A DNA stretch of 64,000 nucleotides from Deltaproteobacteria bacterium (GTDB taxonomy: Bacteria; Myxococcota_A; Polyangia; Polyangiales; Houyiibacteriaceae). A model generated the notes under the pieces. It was given only the letters and a program-made list of their open reading frames with translations, did not search any database and was not told the DNA's origin. Every line of letters begins with the position of its first letter. Positions within the stretch are counted from its first letter, which is position 1. The stretch is taken from positions 58,029-122,028 of the forward strand of contig JAEPMI010000011.1 in the NCBI GenBank assembly GCA_017644045.1, given 5' to 3'. This document shows positions 16,036 through 25,496 of this stretch, piece after piece. A program made the translations under genes and the position numbers.

Positions 16036-17655
16036 GTGCCATACCGGCCGCCCGTGGACGATGGCTTCCGAGGGCGCGCTCCGGGCGCGCGGCTGGCGAC
16101 GGTGGTCGTGCTGGCCTTCGTCGCGTTCGCCGCGATCCAGGCGTTCCAGATCCGGATCCGCTTCTACGACACCTACGACTACCTGAACGACGCCCGCGCG
16201 ATCCTCGGCGACGACGGGCCGGGCGCGGCCTACTACCGAGTCCACGCGCCGGTGATGCCGTTGGTCGCCACCCTCGGCGCGCTCGCACACGATCCGAGCG
16301 ACCCGGCGAACCGGTGGACCTGGCTGGTGCCGCACGCGCTCGCGTTTCTCTGGGTGCTGCTCACCCTCGCGGCGCTGGCCGCGTACCTCGGTCGCCGCCA
16401 CGGGCGCGGTCCGCCGTGGAACGGTTTCTGGATCTGGGGGCTCGCGCTCTTCGTCGCGACGCCCCTCTTCGTTCGCTACTCGCCGCACCTCCTGGTCGAC
16501 ATCCCGACCGCCGGCGCGGTCGCGGCGAGCCTCTGGCTCTGGGACCGCGTGCGCGTCGATCGCCAGTGGCGCTGGCCGATCCTGCTCGGTATCGCCTGGG
16601 GCGTCGCGATGGGGCTCAAGTACTCGCTGCTCCTCTTCCCAGGCGTCTTCGCGGTGGCCGCGGTCCTCGAGACCATCGTCGACCGGAAGCTCTTCACCGG
16701 GCGCAACGCTCGGGTCGCGCTCGCCGGCGCGACGGGCCTGGCGACCTTCTTCGGTCTCGTCTCGTTCGTCTATTCGCACGGCACCCCGGAGGGCTTCTCC
16801 TTCGAGCAGTGGGTGGCCGACCTCCGCGAAGCGTCCTCGATGGTCCGGCCGATGGAAGGCGATGGCCCCTGGGACAACGTCGTGATGCTCGGCCAGGTGC
16901 TCTCGCCGGTCGCGCTCGTGCTCGCGGCGATCGGGCTACCCGCGGCGCTGCACCGCTGGCGTCGCGACCTGCCTGCGGTGCTCTGGCTCGCGTTCTTCGT
17001 CGCCATGCTCTCGCTCGGCGTCGGTCACAGCGAGGCCCGCTACCTCTATCCGGTCTTCCCGGTGGTCATGCACCTCGCGGTGCTCGGGCTCCGCACGCTC
17101 TGGGGATGGCGCCGAGCGACGCCAGAGCGACGCGCGAAGGCCCAGCGGGCGCTGCGGGTGGTGCTCCCGGTCTCTCTCCTCGCGGCCAGCGTTCCCGGGG
17201 TGGCTCAAATGGTCACCGACCGCGACCCCTTCTTCCGTCGACCGACCCACCAGCGCGTCGCACGGCTCATCGTCGACGCGCTCCCCGACGACGGGAAGGT
17301 CCACTACTCGGGCCACTTCGTCGTGCTCACGCCGCCGAACAAGGTCACCTACGAGCGGGACGAGTTCTTCGACTTCTTCCACTTCGGTCACCCGGCGATC
17401 CACTTCCTCACGCGCCGGCAGGTCCTCGGCAGTCGCGTCGGTCGACCGGAGCTGGCCCTTCGCCGCGAGCGATCGGCAGCGGCGTTCATCGTCGGGCCCT
17501 CGCGCTTCCACCACGCGACGGACTACCTGGCCGGGCACGAGCTCCCGACGACCTTCGAGGTCTGGATTCGAACCGCCGACGGGACCATCGAATCGCACGG
17601 CTTCCCCAGCGCCGACCCCGGTCCACCGATGCCTGCCGAAGTGAGCGACCCGTAG
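16036..17655 (+). CDS. Polytopic membrane protein, GT-C-fold (ArnT/PMT-like) glycosyltransferase candidate
   Basis: About 10 or more TM helices are followed by a soluble C-terminal domain of roughly 120 aa. An acidic first loop (RFYDTYDYLNDAR) is present. The start is ambiguous (GTG 16036 or 16054). The family call rests on architecture only. Confidence 0.45.
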   Translation: MPYRPPVDDGFRGRAPGARLATVVVLAFVAFAAIQAFQIRIRFYDTYDYLNDARAILGDDGPGAAYYRVHAPVMPLVATLGALAHDPSDPANRWTWLVPHALAFLWVLLTLAALAAYLGRRHGRGPPWNGFWIWGLALFVATPLFVRYSPHLLVDIPTAGAVAASLWLWDRVRVDRQWRWPILLGIAWGVAMGLKYSLLLFPGVFAVAAVLETIVDRKLFTGRNARVALAGATGLATFFGLVSFVYSHGTPEGFSFEQWVADLREASSMVRPMEGDGPWDNVVMLGQVLSPVALVLAAIGLPAALHRWRRDLPAVLWLAFFVAMLSLGVGHSEARYLYPVFPVVMHLAVLGLRTLWGWRRATPERRAKAQRALRVVLPVSLLAASVPGVAQMVTDRDPFFRRPTHQRVARLIVDALPDDGKVHYSGHFVVLTPPNKVTYERDEFFDFFHFGHPAIHFLTRRQVLGSRVGRPELALRRERSAAAFIVGPSRFHHATDYLAGHELPTTFEVWIRTADGTIESHGFPSADPGPPMPAEVSDP

Positions 17656-17662
17656 GCAGCGC

Positions 17663-19153
17663 TCAGCGGCGGCGCCGCAGTCCGAGCACGACGAGCCCGA
17701 GCAGCACGAGGCTGGCGGGCGCCGACCCCGAGCCCGGGGTTCGGCAGCCGCAGCCGTCACCCTCGTCCGAGCCCCCGTCGTCGCTCGAGCCACCATCGCG
17801 CCCGGGCTCGCTGCCGCCGTCGCGGGCCGTCGACCCGCCATCCGTCGTGCTCGGACCGCCGTCGGGCAGTGGCATCGCCTCGCCCATCGGCTTGAAGCCT
17901 TCCGCGATCGTCCAACCGTCACCGCCGAGCAGGTACGCCCCGATGTCGGCCACGCCCATTCGGTCGGCCCCGTCGAAGTCGATCGCGGTCACGTGGGACG
18001 CGTCGCCCGCACCACCGAGCACACCGCCCCCGGTCGGTCGCACGTCCTGGGGCAGCGCGCCGCTGAAGCTCGCGCCCACGAAGTCCGCCCCGATGTCGCC
18101 GCCGATCAGCGTCCCCACCGAAGACGACCCTTGGCCGGCGTTGCCGCTGGCGGTGATGCGGCCACTGTCGCCGTTCGCGAAGAACGCGCGTCCCATCGAG
18201 TAGAGCGCGTTGTTGGCCACGGTCACCGGGCCGCTCGGGTTCCGCACCGCGAGCGCGTCGCCGTCGTTGATCAACGTGTTGTGCACGATCGTCAGCTCGT
18301 CGGGCCCGTTCTCCTGGTGCGGCTGACTCGCGAGCGCGGCTCCGCCCGCGCCGAGGACGATGTTGTTGCGGATGGTCGCGTTGGCCTCCCACTGGATGCC
18401 GTTGTCTCCGCAGTTCCAGGCGACGTTGCCTTCGACGACGTTCTCGGCTCCGTTGCCGGCCGTGCTGTAGCCGAGAATGCATGGGTAGTTCGTGTCGTGA
18501 ATGACGTTGTCGCGGATGACGGTCGCGTAGCTGCCGTCCTTGAGCTCGATGCCGTCGCCCTGGCTCACGTCGCCGGCGTTCGTGTGGTGCACGTAGTTGC
18601 CCTCGATGAGGCTCTCGCCGAGGCGGCAGCCGTCGTCGTTGCATCCGAGGTACATGCCTTCGCCGGTGCCGTGGGTGTCGTGGATATGGTTCCGCAGGAT
18701 GGAGATCCGAAGGTAGTCCTGCCCACCATCGTTCATCCGCAGGGCGACGTCGGCGGTCTCGAAGATCTCGCACCCCTCGATGGTCACGTCACTGGCCGAC
18801 TCGAAGCGCAGACCGGCCGAGCCGCCACTGAAGGTGAGCCCGCGGATGATCACGTGCTCGACGCTCAGGTCCCAGATGTTCTGGCTCGCGTCTGGCCGGT
18901 GGAAGTGCGGTGTCGCCCCGTCGGCGGCGCGGATCACGATCGGTTCGTCGGCAGTCCCGCTGATCGCGAGGCCGAAGCGCCCGGACAAGGTGTACATCCC
19001 GTCCGCCAGAATGGCCTCGTCACCGGGCCCGAGCGCGTTCAGCGCCGCTTCGACGTCATCGCTCGGGCCCAACTCCACCTGCGCCAGGGCGCCGCTCGAG
19101 CCGAGCATCAGGACCGTCGTGAGGAGCCAGGGAGCGAATCGTCGATTCCACAT
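17663..19153 (-). CDS. Secreted right-handed parallel beta-helix repeat protein with a MYXO-CTERM-like sorting tail
   Basis: The signal peptide is MWNRRFAPWLLTTVLMLGSSGALA. Repeated beta-helix turns are visible (IRGLTFSGG, IEGCEIF, ILRNHIHDT, IEGNYVHHT, IRDNVIHDT, VEGNVAWNCG, IRNNIVLG). The C-terminus is GCGCRTPGSGSAPASLVLLGLVVLGLRRRR. Confidence 0.8.
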   Translation of the reverse strand: MWNRRFAPWLLTTVLMLGSSGALAQVELGPSDDVEAALNALGPGDEAILADGMYTLSGRFGLAISGTADEPIVIRAADGATPHFHRPDASQNIWDLSVEHVIIRGLTFSGGSAGLRFESASDVTIEGCEIFETADVALRMNDGGQDYLRISILRNHIHDTHGTGEGMYLGCNDDGCRLGESLIEGNYVHHTNAGDVSQGDGIELKDGSYATVIRDNVIHDTNYPCILGYSTAGNGAENVVEGNVAWNCGDNGIQWEANATIRNNIVLGAGGAALASQPHQENGPDELTIVHNTLINDGDALAVRNPSGPVTVANNALYSMGRAFFANGDSGRITASGNAGQGSSSVGTLIGGDIGADFVGASFSGALPQDVRPTGGGVLGGAGDASHVTAIDFDGADRMGVADIGAYLLGGDGWTIAEGFKPMGEAMPLPDGGPSTTDGGSTARDGGSEPGRDGGSSDDGGSDEGDGCGCRTPGSGSAPASLVLLGLVVLGLRRRR

Positions 19154-19304
19154 GGCCGACAGGCTTCCATTCTCGGGCGGCCGACGAAAGACTGAACCCG
19201 GGGGCGGCGCGCCAGACGCGCCAGAAGAAAGTCGGTCACGCTGGGCCAGCTCGTTCGTTGTGCCCACGAAGCGTCGGCGAGGGCCGACAGAAGGAGCGAG
19301 GACG

Positions 19305-19670
19305 ATGGTCGAGTTCTTCCAGGCAGGTGGTTTCGTGATGTTCTTCGTGCTGGGCTTCGGTGCCCTGGCGATCGCGGCGGCGGTGTACTTCGCGCGCTCG
19401 CCCGACGACCGGCGGCTCGGCATGGTCCGCGCGCTCTCACGGACCACGCTCTTCTCGATGCTCGCCGGCATCGCGACCGACTTCGCCGCCGTCTTCCACA
19501 ACGTGCCCAACCACCCGGAGTGGCTGGAGGGCACCTCGCTGCCGATGGTGGTCATGACCGGCTTCGCCGAGGCGCTCGCGCCGGCCATTCTCGGCTTCAC
19601 TCTCCTGGCACTCGCATCCCTGGTGACCGCGGTCGGGATGCGACGCCTGCCGGACCCGCAGGGAGCGTGA
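19305..19670 (+). CDS. Small integral membrane protein (3 TM helices), first gene of the ECF sigma operon
   Basis: ATG 19305 is preceded by AAGGAG at 19291-19296. The N-terminus is MVEFFQAGGFVMFFVLGFGALAIAAAVYF. The stop overlaps the sigma-factor GTG (GTGA). Confidence 0.65.
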   Translation: MVEFFQAGGFVMFFVLGFGALAIAAAVYFARSPDDRRLGMVRALSRTTLFSMLAGIATDFAAVFHNVPNHPEWLEGTSLPMVVMTGFAEALAPAILGFTLLALASLVTAVGMRRLPDPQGA

Positions 19671-20221
19671 GTGCGGACGACAGCGATGACGCTGAGCTCG
19701 TCCTGGCCCTCGGCCGGGGCGAGCGCGCCGCGTTCGATGCGATCTACGATCGCCATCGAGCGCGGGTGTTCTCGTTCCTCCTCCGCATGGGTGGCGACCA
19801 CGCCCTCGCGGAGGATCTGATGCAGGAGACCTTCGTGCGACTGGCCACCAAGTCCCGCTCCCTCGCGCCGGACACGCGGCTCCGCCCGTGGCTCTTCACC
19901 GTGGCTCGCAACCTCTTCTTCGACCGCCGACGTCGCTCGGCGCTCGGTCGCGCGCGCCTGAAGACCCTCGGCGCCGAGCCGCCGTCCAGGTCCACCACAC
20001 CCCTCGAGGCGATGGAGACCAGCGAGCGCGCGAAGGCCGTGACCCGCGCGCTCCAGACCCTGAAGGCCGACCAACGCGAGGCCATCCTCCTCTGCACGGT
20101 CGAAGGCTTCTCCCCCGCCGAGGCCGCCGGCCTCGTCGGCGTCGCGCCGGCCGCCATGCGCCAGCGTCTCGCCCGCGCTCGCCGTACCCTCCGTGAACTG
20201 CTCGAGAGAACGACCGCATGA
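19667..20221 (+). CDS. ECF-type RNA polymerase sigma-70 factor
   Basis: Region 2 is DLMQETFVRLA...RPWLFTVARNLFFDRRR. Region 4 is REAILLCTVEGFSPAEAAGLVGVAPAAMRQRLARAR. Confidence 0.9.
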   Translation: MSADDSDDAELVLALGRGERAAFDAIYDRHRARVFSFLLRMGGDHALAEDLMQETFVRLATKSRSLAPDTRLRPWLFTVARNLFFDRRRRSALGRARLKTLGAEPPSRSTTPLEAMETSERAKAVTRALQTLKADQREAILLCTVEGFSPAEAAGLVGVAPAAMRQRLARARRTLRELLERTTA

Positions 20222-20442
20222 CCGATCCCACCGACCCGCTCGACGAGGCCCTCGCCGAGCTCGACACCCACGACGTCGATCACTGGCGGCGCGAGCACGT
20301 GCGGCTTCGCGCGCACGCCGCCCTCGAGGCGAAGCCCCCGGGCCTCTACACGCGGTGGCTCGAGCCGCTGCTCACCTTCGGCATCTGCGCCGCCCACCTC
20401 GCGTGGGCCATCATCCGCGCCGCCGGGATCCTCGTGCCCTGA
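20218..20442 (+). CDS. Putative anti-sigma factor (small, single TM helix)
   Basis: ATGA overlap with the sigma-factor stop. The 74-aa protein has a C-terminal TM segment LEPLLTFGICAAHLAWAIIRAAGILV. The call rests on position. Confidence 0.55.
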   Translation: MTDPTDPLDEALAELDTHDVDHWRREHVRLRAHAALEAKPPGLYTRWLEPLLTFGICAAHLAWAIIRAAGILVP

Positions 20443-20447
20443 AAGGC

Positions 20448-20771
<324 letters not shown>

Positions 20772-20772
20772 G

Positions 20773-21018
20773 TCAGCTCTCCTGCTCGGCGGGGGTGAAG
20801 GTCTTGAAGGTCAGGGCGTGAATGGGACCCTGCATCAGCTCACCGAGGGCCGCGAAGACCATCCGCTGGCGTGCCACGCGGTTCTTCCCCTCGAAGGCCG
20901 GTGAGACGATGACCGCCTCGTAGTGGTCCTTGGTGCCGGTCAGGTCGGTGACTTCGACGTGCGTGACGCCTTCCACCCCTTCTCGGATTCGCTGCTCGAC
21001 GACGCTGGGCTCGACCAT
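20773..21018 (-). CDS. bolA: BolA-family protein
   Basis: 81 aa from ATG 21018. The sequence [34 protein letters not shown]...[11 protein letters not shown] is typical of BolA. It lies directly upstream of grxD, which is the conserved pairing. An alternative TTG start exists at 21054. Confidence 0.75.
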   Translation of the reverse strand: MVEPSVVEQRIREGVEGVTHVEVTDLTGTKDHYEAVIVSPAFEGKNRVARQRMVFAALGELMQGPIHALTFKTFTPAEQES

Positions 21019-21088
21019 GTCGAATGGATTGCGCTTCCGGCCGCCCCACGTCAAGTCCCAGAGGCATCTCCCCTGGGGTCGTTGGCTC

Positions 21089-22210
21089 TCACGGGACGAG
21101 GAGCGCCGGGTCTTCCACTGCGGCTGCCGTGCACTCGGCCGGTGCGCTCACCGGGTTGCAGCGGCTGGGGCTCCCACCCGGCATCGCGACGTGTAGCGCC
21201 ACGTCGTCCCGTGGCTCGGGGACGTCCGTGCTGATGATGTGTGCGCCGGTCGCGAGGACCGAGTCGAGCTCCGACTGGAGCTCGCCTTCGCTCTGCTCGA
21301 GCGCGTTCGGCATGCTCACCGCCCGCGAGCGCACGATGAAGCCGGCCTCCACCGCTTCCCGAGCGCTGCTGCCGCCGCCGTTGATGATGCGGAAGGCCGC
21401 CCAAGGGTCGTCGGCACGAGCGTCCGCGAAGATCACCCGGCCGGCCAGACCGGCGCCCTCGTTGGCGTAGCGTACGCAGTGGTCTCGGCTGCAGTTGAAG
21501 AAGAAGAGCGTCTTGCCGCGCACCTCGCCGAGCGTCGGCCAGCCCGTGGTGGTCACCGCTTCTCGCAGGGTCGCCGCTCTGCCCTGGACCTCGTCCGGGA
21601 GCACGAGCAGCTCGTCGTCGAAGACCATGCGAATCTCGGCGTCCAGCTGATCGAAGCGCCAGTCGCCCTCGGCGCCTTCCGGGAACGCGTTCCCCTTGGG
21701 CTCGATCTGCACGAAGATGGGGTGGTGTCCCGGATGGGCGTCGGACCACGCGCGAATCGTCGACAGGCAATCGAGGAGGAGGTCGCAGGTGGTCTCCTCG
21801 TCGATCGTCGGGATGTGCAGGACCTCCCAGCGAAGCCGCCGCTCGTCCCAGTAGGTGTCGAGCTCGAAGGCGCGGACGCCCTGCGACTCGAGCTGCTCGT
21901 CGAGAGGCTCGTTGTCGTAGTCCCAATCGGGGATCACCGGGTCCGGCTCGCGGTGGTAGCTGTTGTGCGTCCCCTCCATCTGGATGTGGTTCAGCCGAAG
22001 CGTGTCGTCCTGCGAGTGCGCGGGTGGGTCACCGGCCCGCATGAACGACGCATCGAAGGGATCGGGCTGCGCGTCGACCGGCGCTGGCGGTCCGCCGTCG
22101 CTCGGTCCTCCGTCCGCCATCGCTGCGTCGGGCGGGGACCCATCGTCGTCCCCACACCCGGCCGCCAGAACCGTCATCCCCAAGCCACCCAAGAGACACA
22201 AACGCCACAC
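21089..22210 (-). CDS. Lipoprotein with a Ca-dependent PI-PLC-like (phospholipase C X-domain-like) fold
   Basis: The signal and lipobox are MWRLCLLGGLGMTVLAAGC (GTG start at 22210). The motif LNHIQMEGTHNSYH is present. The family call is by resemblance. Confidence 0.55.
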   Translation of the reverse strand: MWRLCLLGGLGMTVLAAGCGDDDGSPPDAAMADGGPSDGGPPAPVDAQPDPFDASFMRAGDPPAHSQDDTLRLNHIQMEGTHNSYHREPDPVIPDWDYDNEPLDEQLESQGVRAFELDTYWDERRLRWEVLHIPTIDEETTCDLLLDCLSTIRAWSDAHPGHHPIFVQIEPKGNAFPEGAEGDWRFDQLDAEIRMVFDDELLVLPDEVQGRAATLREAVTTTGWPTLGEVRGKTLFFFNCSRDHCVRYANEGAGLAGRVIFADARADDPWAAFRIINGGGSSAREAVEAGFIVRSRAVSMPNALEQSEGELQSELDSVLATGAHIISTDVPEPRDDVALHVAMPGGSPSRCNPVSAPAECTAAAVEDPALLVP

Positions 22211-22341
22211 GAGGCCAGCATACCGGCTGTGGTCCGCCCCGTCCCACCTTCGTGGCTCCGGCGGGCGGGAAGGCGTCTGGTAGGGTCACGCCGCGGAGTC
22301 GGGGGCCGCACGTCGTGGCTCCACCGCAGCGAAGGGAAGCG

Positions 22342-22602
22342 ATGAGCTACTACAAGGAAATCGACGGCAAGAAGTACGACGCGGGTCTGCTCGAGGCAGC
22401 CGAGAAGGCCATCGAGGGTCGCGGCGACGGACGCATCGGCCTCGAGGACGCCAAGGCTCTCCTCGTGAAGGTGAAGGATGGCGGGTCGTACACGGACGTG
22501 GAGAAGGACACCGTCGCCTACATCCGCGAGAAGATGACGTGGACCGACGACGCAGACGAGTGGTTCCGCACCGAGATCCGGAAGTGGGCCGCCGAGAAGT
22601 GA
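22342..22602 (+). CDS. Small soluble hypothetical protein (86 aa)
   Basis: ATG 22342 is preceded by GAAGGGA. High GC at third codon positions. The stop lies 7 nt before the ceramidase-like gene start. Confidence 0.6.
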   Translation: MSYYKEIDGKKYDAGLLEAAEKAIEGRGDGRIGLEDAKALLVKVKDGGSYTDVEKDTVAYIREKMTWTDDADEWFRTEIRKWAAEK

Positions 22603-22609
22603 CGGGCTG

Positions 22610-24367
22610 ATGCGCGCCGGCTTCGCCACGCAGCCCCTTCCGTTGCCGCCGGGTCGGCGGTCGATGGCGGGCTACGGCCCGATGGCACGCCGCGGCGAAG
22701 TCGGCGACGACGTCCTGCGGGCGCGAGCGCTCGTGCTCGTCGACGACGCGAACGACACCCGCGTCGCGCTGGTCGCGCTCGATCTGCTCTCCGGTAGCGC
22801 CGCGCTCCACGCCCGCGTTGCAGAGCGACTCGAGCGATTCGCGCTCGACCAGATCGTGCTCGCCGGAACGCACACCCACAGCGCGCCCGGCCGCTTCTTC
22901 GGCAACCCCTTCTACGACTTTTTCACGATCGAGCCGGCGATTCTCCCGCGGCGATGGCGCTTCGATGGCGCTTGGGCCGCCGGGCTGTGCCAGACCATCG
23001 CGGAGACGATTCGCGCCGCCGAGTCCGCCGCGACCGACGCGGTCGTCGGCATCGGCGTCCACGAGCTGTGGGGTGTGGCCGCGAATCGAAGCGAGCCTGC
23101 GTTCGACGCGAACCCTGAAGCCGAGGAGTGGCCCGAGGTGCTCGGCCTGGGGCCGGCTCCGGACCTGCCGCCGCGGCAGCAGAAGGTCGACCCTCGAGTG
23201 GTCGTGGTCGGCGCCTTCCCGCGTGACGCCGCGAAACCGTCGGAGGCCCTCGCCCTCTTCGCGACCTTCGGTTGCCACGCCACCGCGCTCGGCGTGGCGC
23301 AGGAGACATATGCCCGCGACTGGCCCGGGGTCGCAGTGGACAGGGTGGCCGCGGCGCTCGGCGCGGACCGTCTCGCACTCGGCCTCGGCGGCGCCGGCGA
23401 CGTGTCTCCGCTGCCGCCCGACCTGCTCGACGCGAGCGACGATCCGACCACCGTGCAGGGGCCGGAGCTCGCGACTCGACGAGGCGCCGCCGTGGCGGAC
23501 GCCATCGTCGCGGCCGTCCACGAGGCAGCGAGCAATGCCGGCGACGCCGTGCTCCAGACGATCATGACGACCTGGGCGCCTCCGACCGACGTCGCCCAAG
23601 GTGGTCTTCCGCTCATCGCCGGCGCCGAGGACGCCCGCTCGAGCCTCCACCCGCGAGTCCACGAAGGCATGACCCGTCGGCGCCCGCGCGCACCGCAGGG
23701 CAGCAAGTGGCCGCTTCCGCTCCCGCGCTTCTTCAACCGTCTCTGCCACGCGGCGCCTGTGCATCGTCTCCATCGGATCCACATCGGCGACCACTGCTTC
23801 TTCACGGTGCCGGGTGAGCCCACCGCTGCTGCGGGCGCGCGCATCGGCGCTGCCATGTGCGAGTTGCACGGAGTGGAGAGCGCCAGCCCCATCGGCTACG
23901 CCAACGACTACGCCGGCTACTTCACGACCCCCGAGGAGTACGCGCTCCAGCACTACGAGGGCGCGAGCACCATGTACGGCACCGAGACCCTCCCGACGCT
24001 CATCCGCGATCTGATGCGCGACGGGGACGAGCGCGCGACCGAGCCTACGTCGTTCGTCGTCGACGAAGACGCGCTCGACCAGGCGCTCGCCGAGCTCTCG
24101 GCCGTGCTCGACGCGGGCGAGGCCCTACGCCTCGATGACGGAGAAGAAGGGGCGGTCCAGCTCCTCTACGCCGACGACGGGCTCGCGGCCCCGACCCTCA
24201 CGGTCGATGGCGCCGCGGTCGAGGGGGACTCGATCGTGCTCGAGGGCCCGAGAGGCGAGACCGTTCGTTGGGCGATCTTTCTTCACGATCGGCTGCGCGA
24301 AGACTCCGAGGTCCAACTCGAAGTGAGCGAAGAGAGAGTCGCCATCGTCTGCGCCAATTCGCGCTGA
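22610..24367 (+). CDS. Neutral/alkaline non-lysosomal ceramidase family protein with no N-terminal signal peptide
   Basis: The N-terminus MAGYGPMARRGEVGDDVLRARALVLVD and the motif AGTHTHSAPG resemble the ceramidase N-terminal domain. The conserved region starts at about residue 5. Confidence 0.65.
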   Translation: MRAGFATQPLPLPPGRRSMAGYGPMARRGEVGDDVLRARALVLVDDANDTRVALVALDLLSGSAALHARVAERLERFALDQIVLAGTHTHSAPGRFFGNPFYDFFTIEPAILPRRWRFDGAWAAGLCQTIAETIRAAESAATDAVVGIGVHELWGVAANRSEPAFDANPEAEEWPEVLGLGPAPDLPPRQQKVDPRVVVVGAFPRDAAKPSEALALFATFGCHATALGVAQETYARDWPGVAVDRVAAALGADRLALGLGGAGDVSPLPPDLLDASDDPTTVQGPELATRRGAAVADAIVAAVHEAASNAGDAVLQTIMTTWAPPTDVAQGGLPLIAGAEDARSSLHPRVHEGMTRRRPRAPQGSKWPLPLPRFFNRLCHAAPVHRLHRIHIGDHCFFTVPGEPTAAAGARIGAAMCELHGVESASPIGYANDYAGYFTTPEEYALQHYEGASTMYGTETLPTLIRDLMRDGDERATEPTSFVVDEDALDQALAELSAVLDAGEALRLDDGEEGAVQLLYADDGLAAPTLTVDGAAVEGDSIVLEGPRGETVRWAIFLHDRLREDSEVQLEVSEERVAIVCANSR

Positions 24368-24423
24368 CTTCCCTCGGTCGTGCGATGGCACGATCATGGG
24401 TTGTCGGGTAGAGCGTCGACGTC

Positions 24424-25467
24424 ATGCTTCGTTTGGACCGAGTTGGCAGTCTTGCTCTCACGATCCTCGCTCTATCGCTGTGCGCATCGCGGTCGAGCGC
24501 TCAGTCCAGCCCGCACGCCGCCGAGAACGCCGCCGCTCGCACCGACGAAGCAGAGAGCGTCACCTTGCCGCTCCGGCTCACCGAGCGCCCGTTGACCCTT
24601 CCCAGAGGGAAGGTGGTGCTCACCTCGGGGGTCGGCCTCGAGCACTACCGGGTCGAGAGCGTCGGCGACGGCTGTATCCTCACCGTCTCCGGGATGGTCT
24701 GCTTGGACGCACCCGACAAGAACGGCGAGATCGTGAGCTCGTCGGTCGGGGTGGCCGTTGGCGCCATCGATGCTCTCGAGGTGGGTCTGGTTCCCATTCG
24801 CCTCCGGTCGGGGATGGCATGGGATGGGGGGAGAGAATCGCTCCTTCGCGACCCGCTCCTCTACGTCGAAGCCGCAGCGCTTCGACTCGAGCGGTTCCAG
24901 CTGGGCTTCGGATATCAAGTCTTGCTCCCGCTGAGGTCGGACACGGTGTGGCTGACCCAGTTGGTCTCGCTGGACCTCCTGGCGCGGAGCCGATTCGTCC
25001 GTGGTGAAGCTTCGACGTTCGTTCGCTTCGATTCGCCGATCCGGGAGGATTCCGTGGTGAGAGTGGGAGGACGAGTCATCACCCCAGGTGTCTCCGCTCG
25101 AGTCACCACACAGGTCGCAGACCCCTTCGCGGTCTTCTTTGGCTTTCAGAGCCTCTTCTTCGACTCGAGCATCGAAGGTCACGTGACGAACATCAGCACT
25201 GGGTTCGTCGGTACCTTTCGTCGTTCCACCGGGGAGCCGGTGGCGGACATCCGTTTCACGTTCGGGGGGCTCGACGTACAGCGCTACGATGAGGGCGGAG
25301 TCGTCACGCGCGGTGATACGCGAGGCGGTGACGAGCTTCCCTGCGAGCTGGCGGTTCGCCCCGACGGCCCCTCGGGGGATTGTGGCGTCGTCCCTGGGAC
25401 GTCCACGCCCGTGCGGCGCTTCACCTTCGAGCTCAGCGCCACGTTCTACTTCCACGACGCGTGGTAG
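24424..25467 (+). CDS. Secreted protein, predicted outer-membrane beta-barrel (hypothetical)
   Basis: The signal peptide is LALTILALSLCASRSSAQS. Alternating hydrophobic beta-strand patterns run through the protein. The C-terminus is aromatic (...FELSATFYFHDAW). Confidence 0.55.
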   Translation: MLRLDRVGSLALTILALSLCASRSSAQSSPHAAENAAARTDEAESVTLPLRLTERPLTLPRGKVVLTSGVGLEHYRVESVGDGCILTVSGMVCLDAPDKNGEIVSSSVGVAVGAIDALEVGLVPIRLRSGMAWDGGRESLLRDPLLYVEAAALRLERFQLGFGYQVLLPLRSDTVWLTQLVSLDLLARSRFVRGEASTFVRFDSPIREDSVVRVGGRVITPGVSARVTTQVADPFAVFFGFQSLFFDSSIEGHVTNISTGFVGTFRRSTGEPVADIRFTFGGLDVQRYDEGGVVTRGDTRGGDELPCELAVRPDGPSGDCGVVPGTSTPVRRFTFELSATFYFHDAW

Positions 25468-25496
25468 CGAAGCGACCCTGACCCGCTGGTGATACG

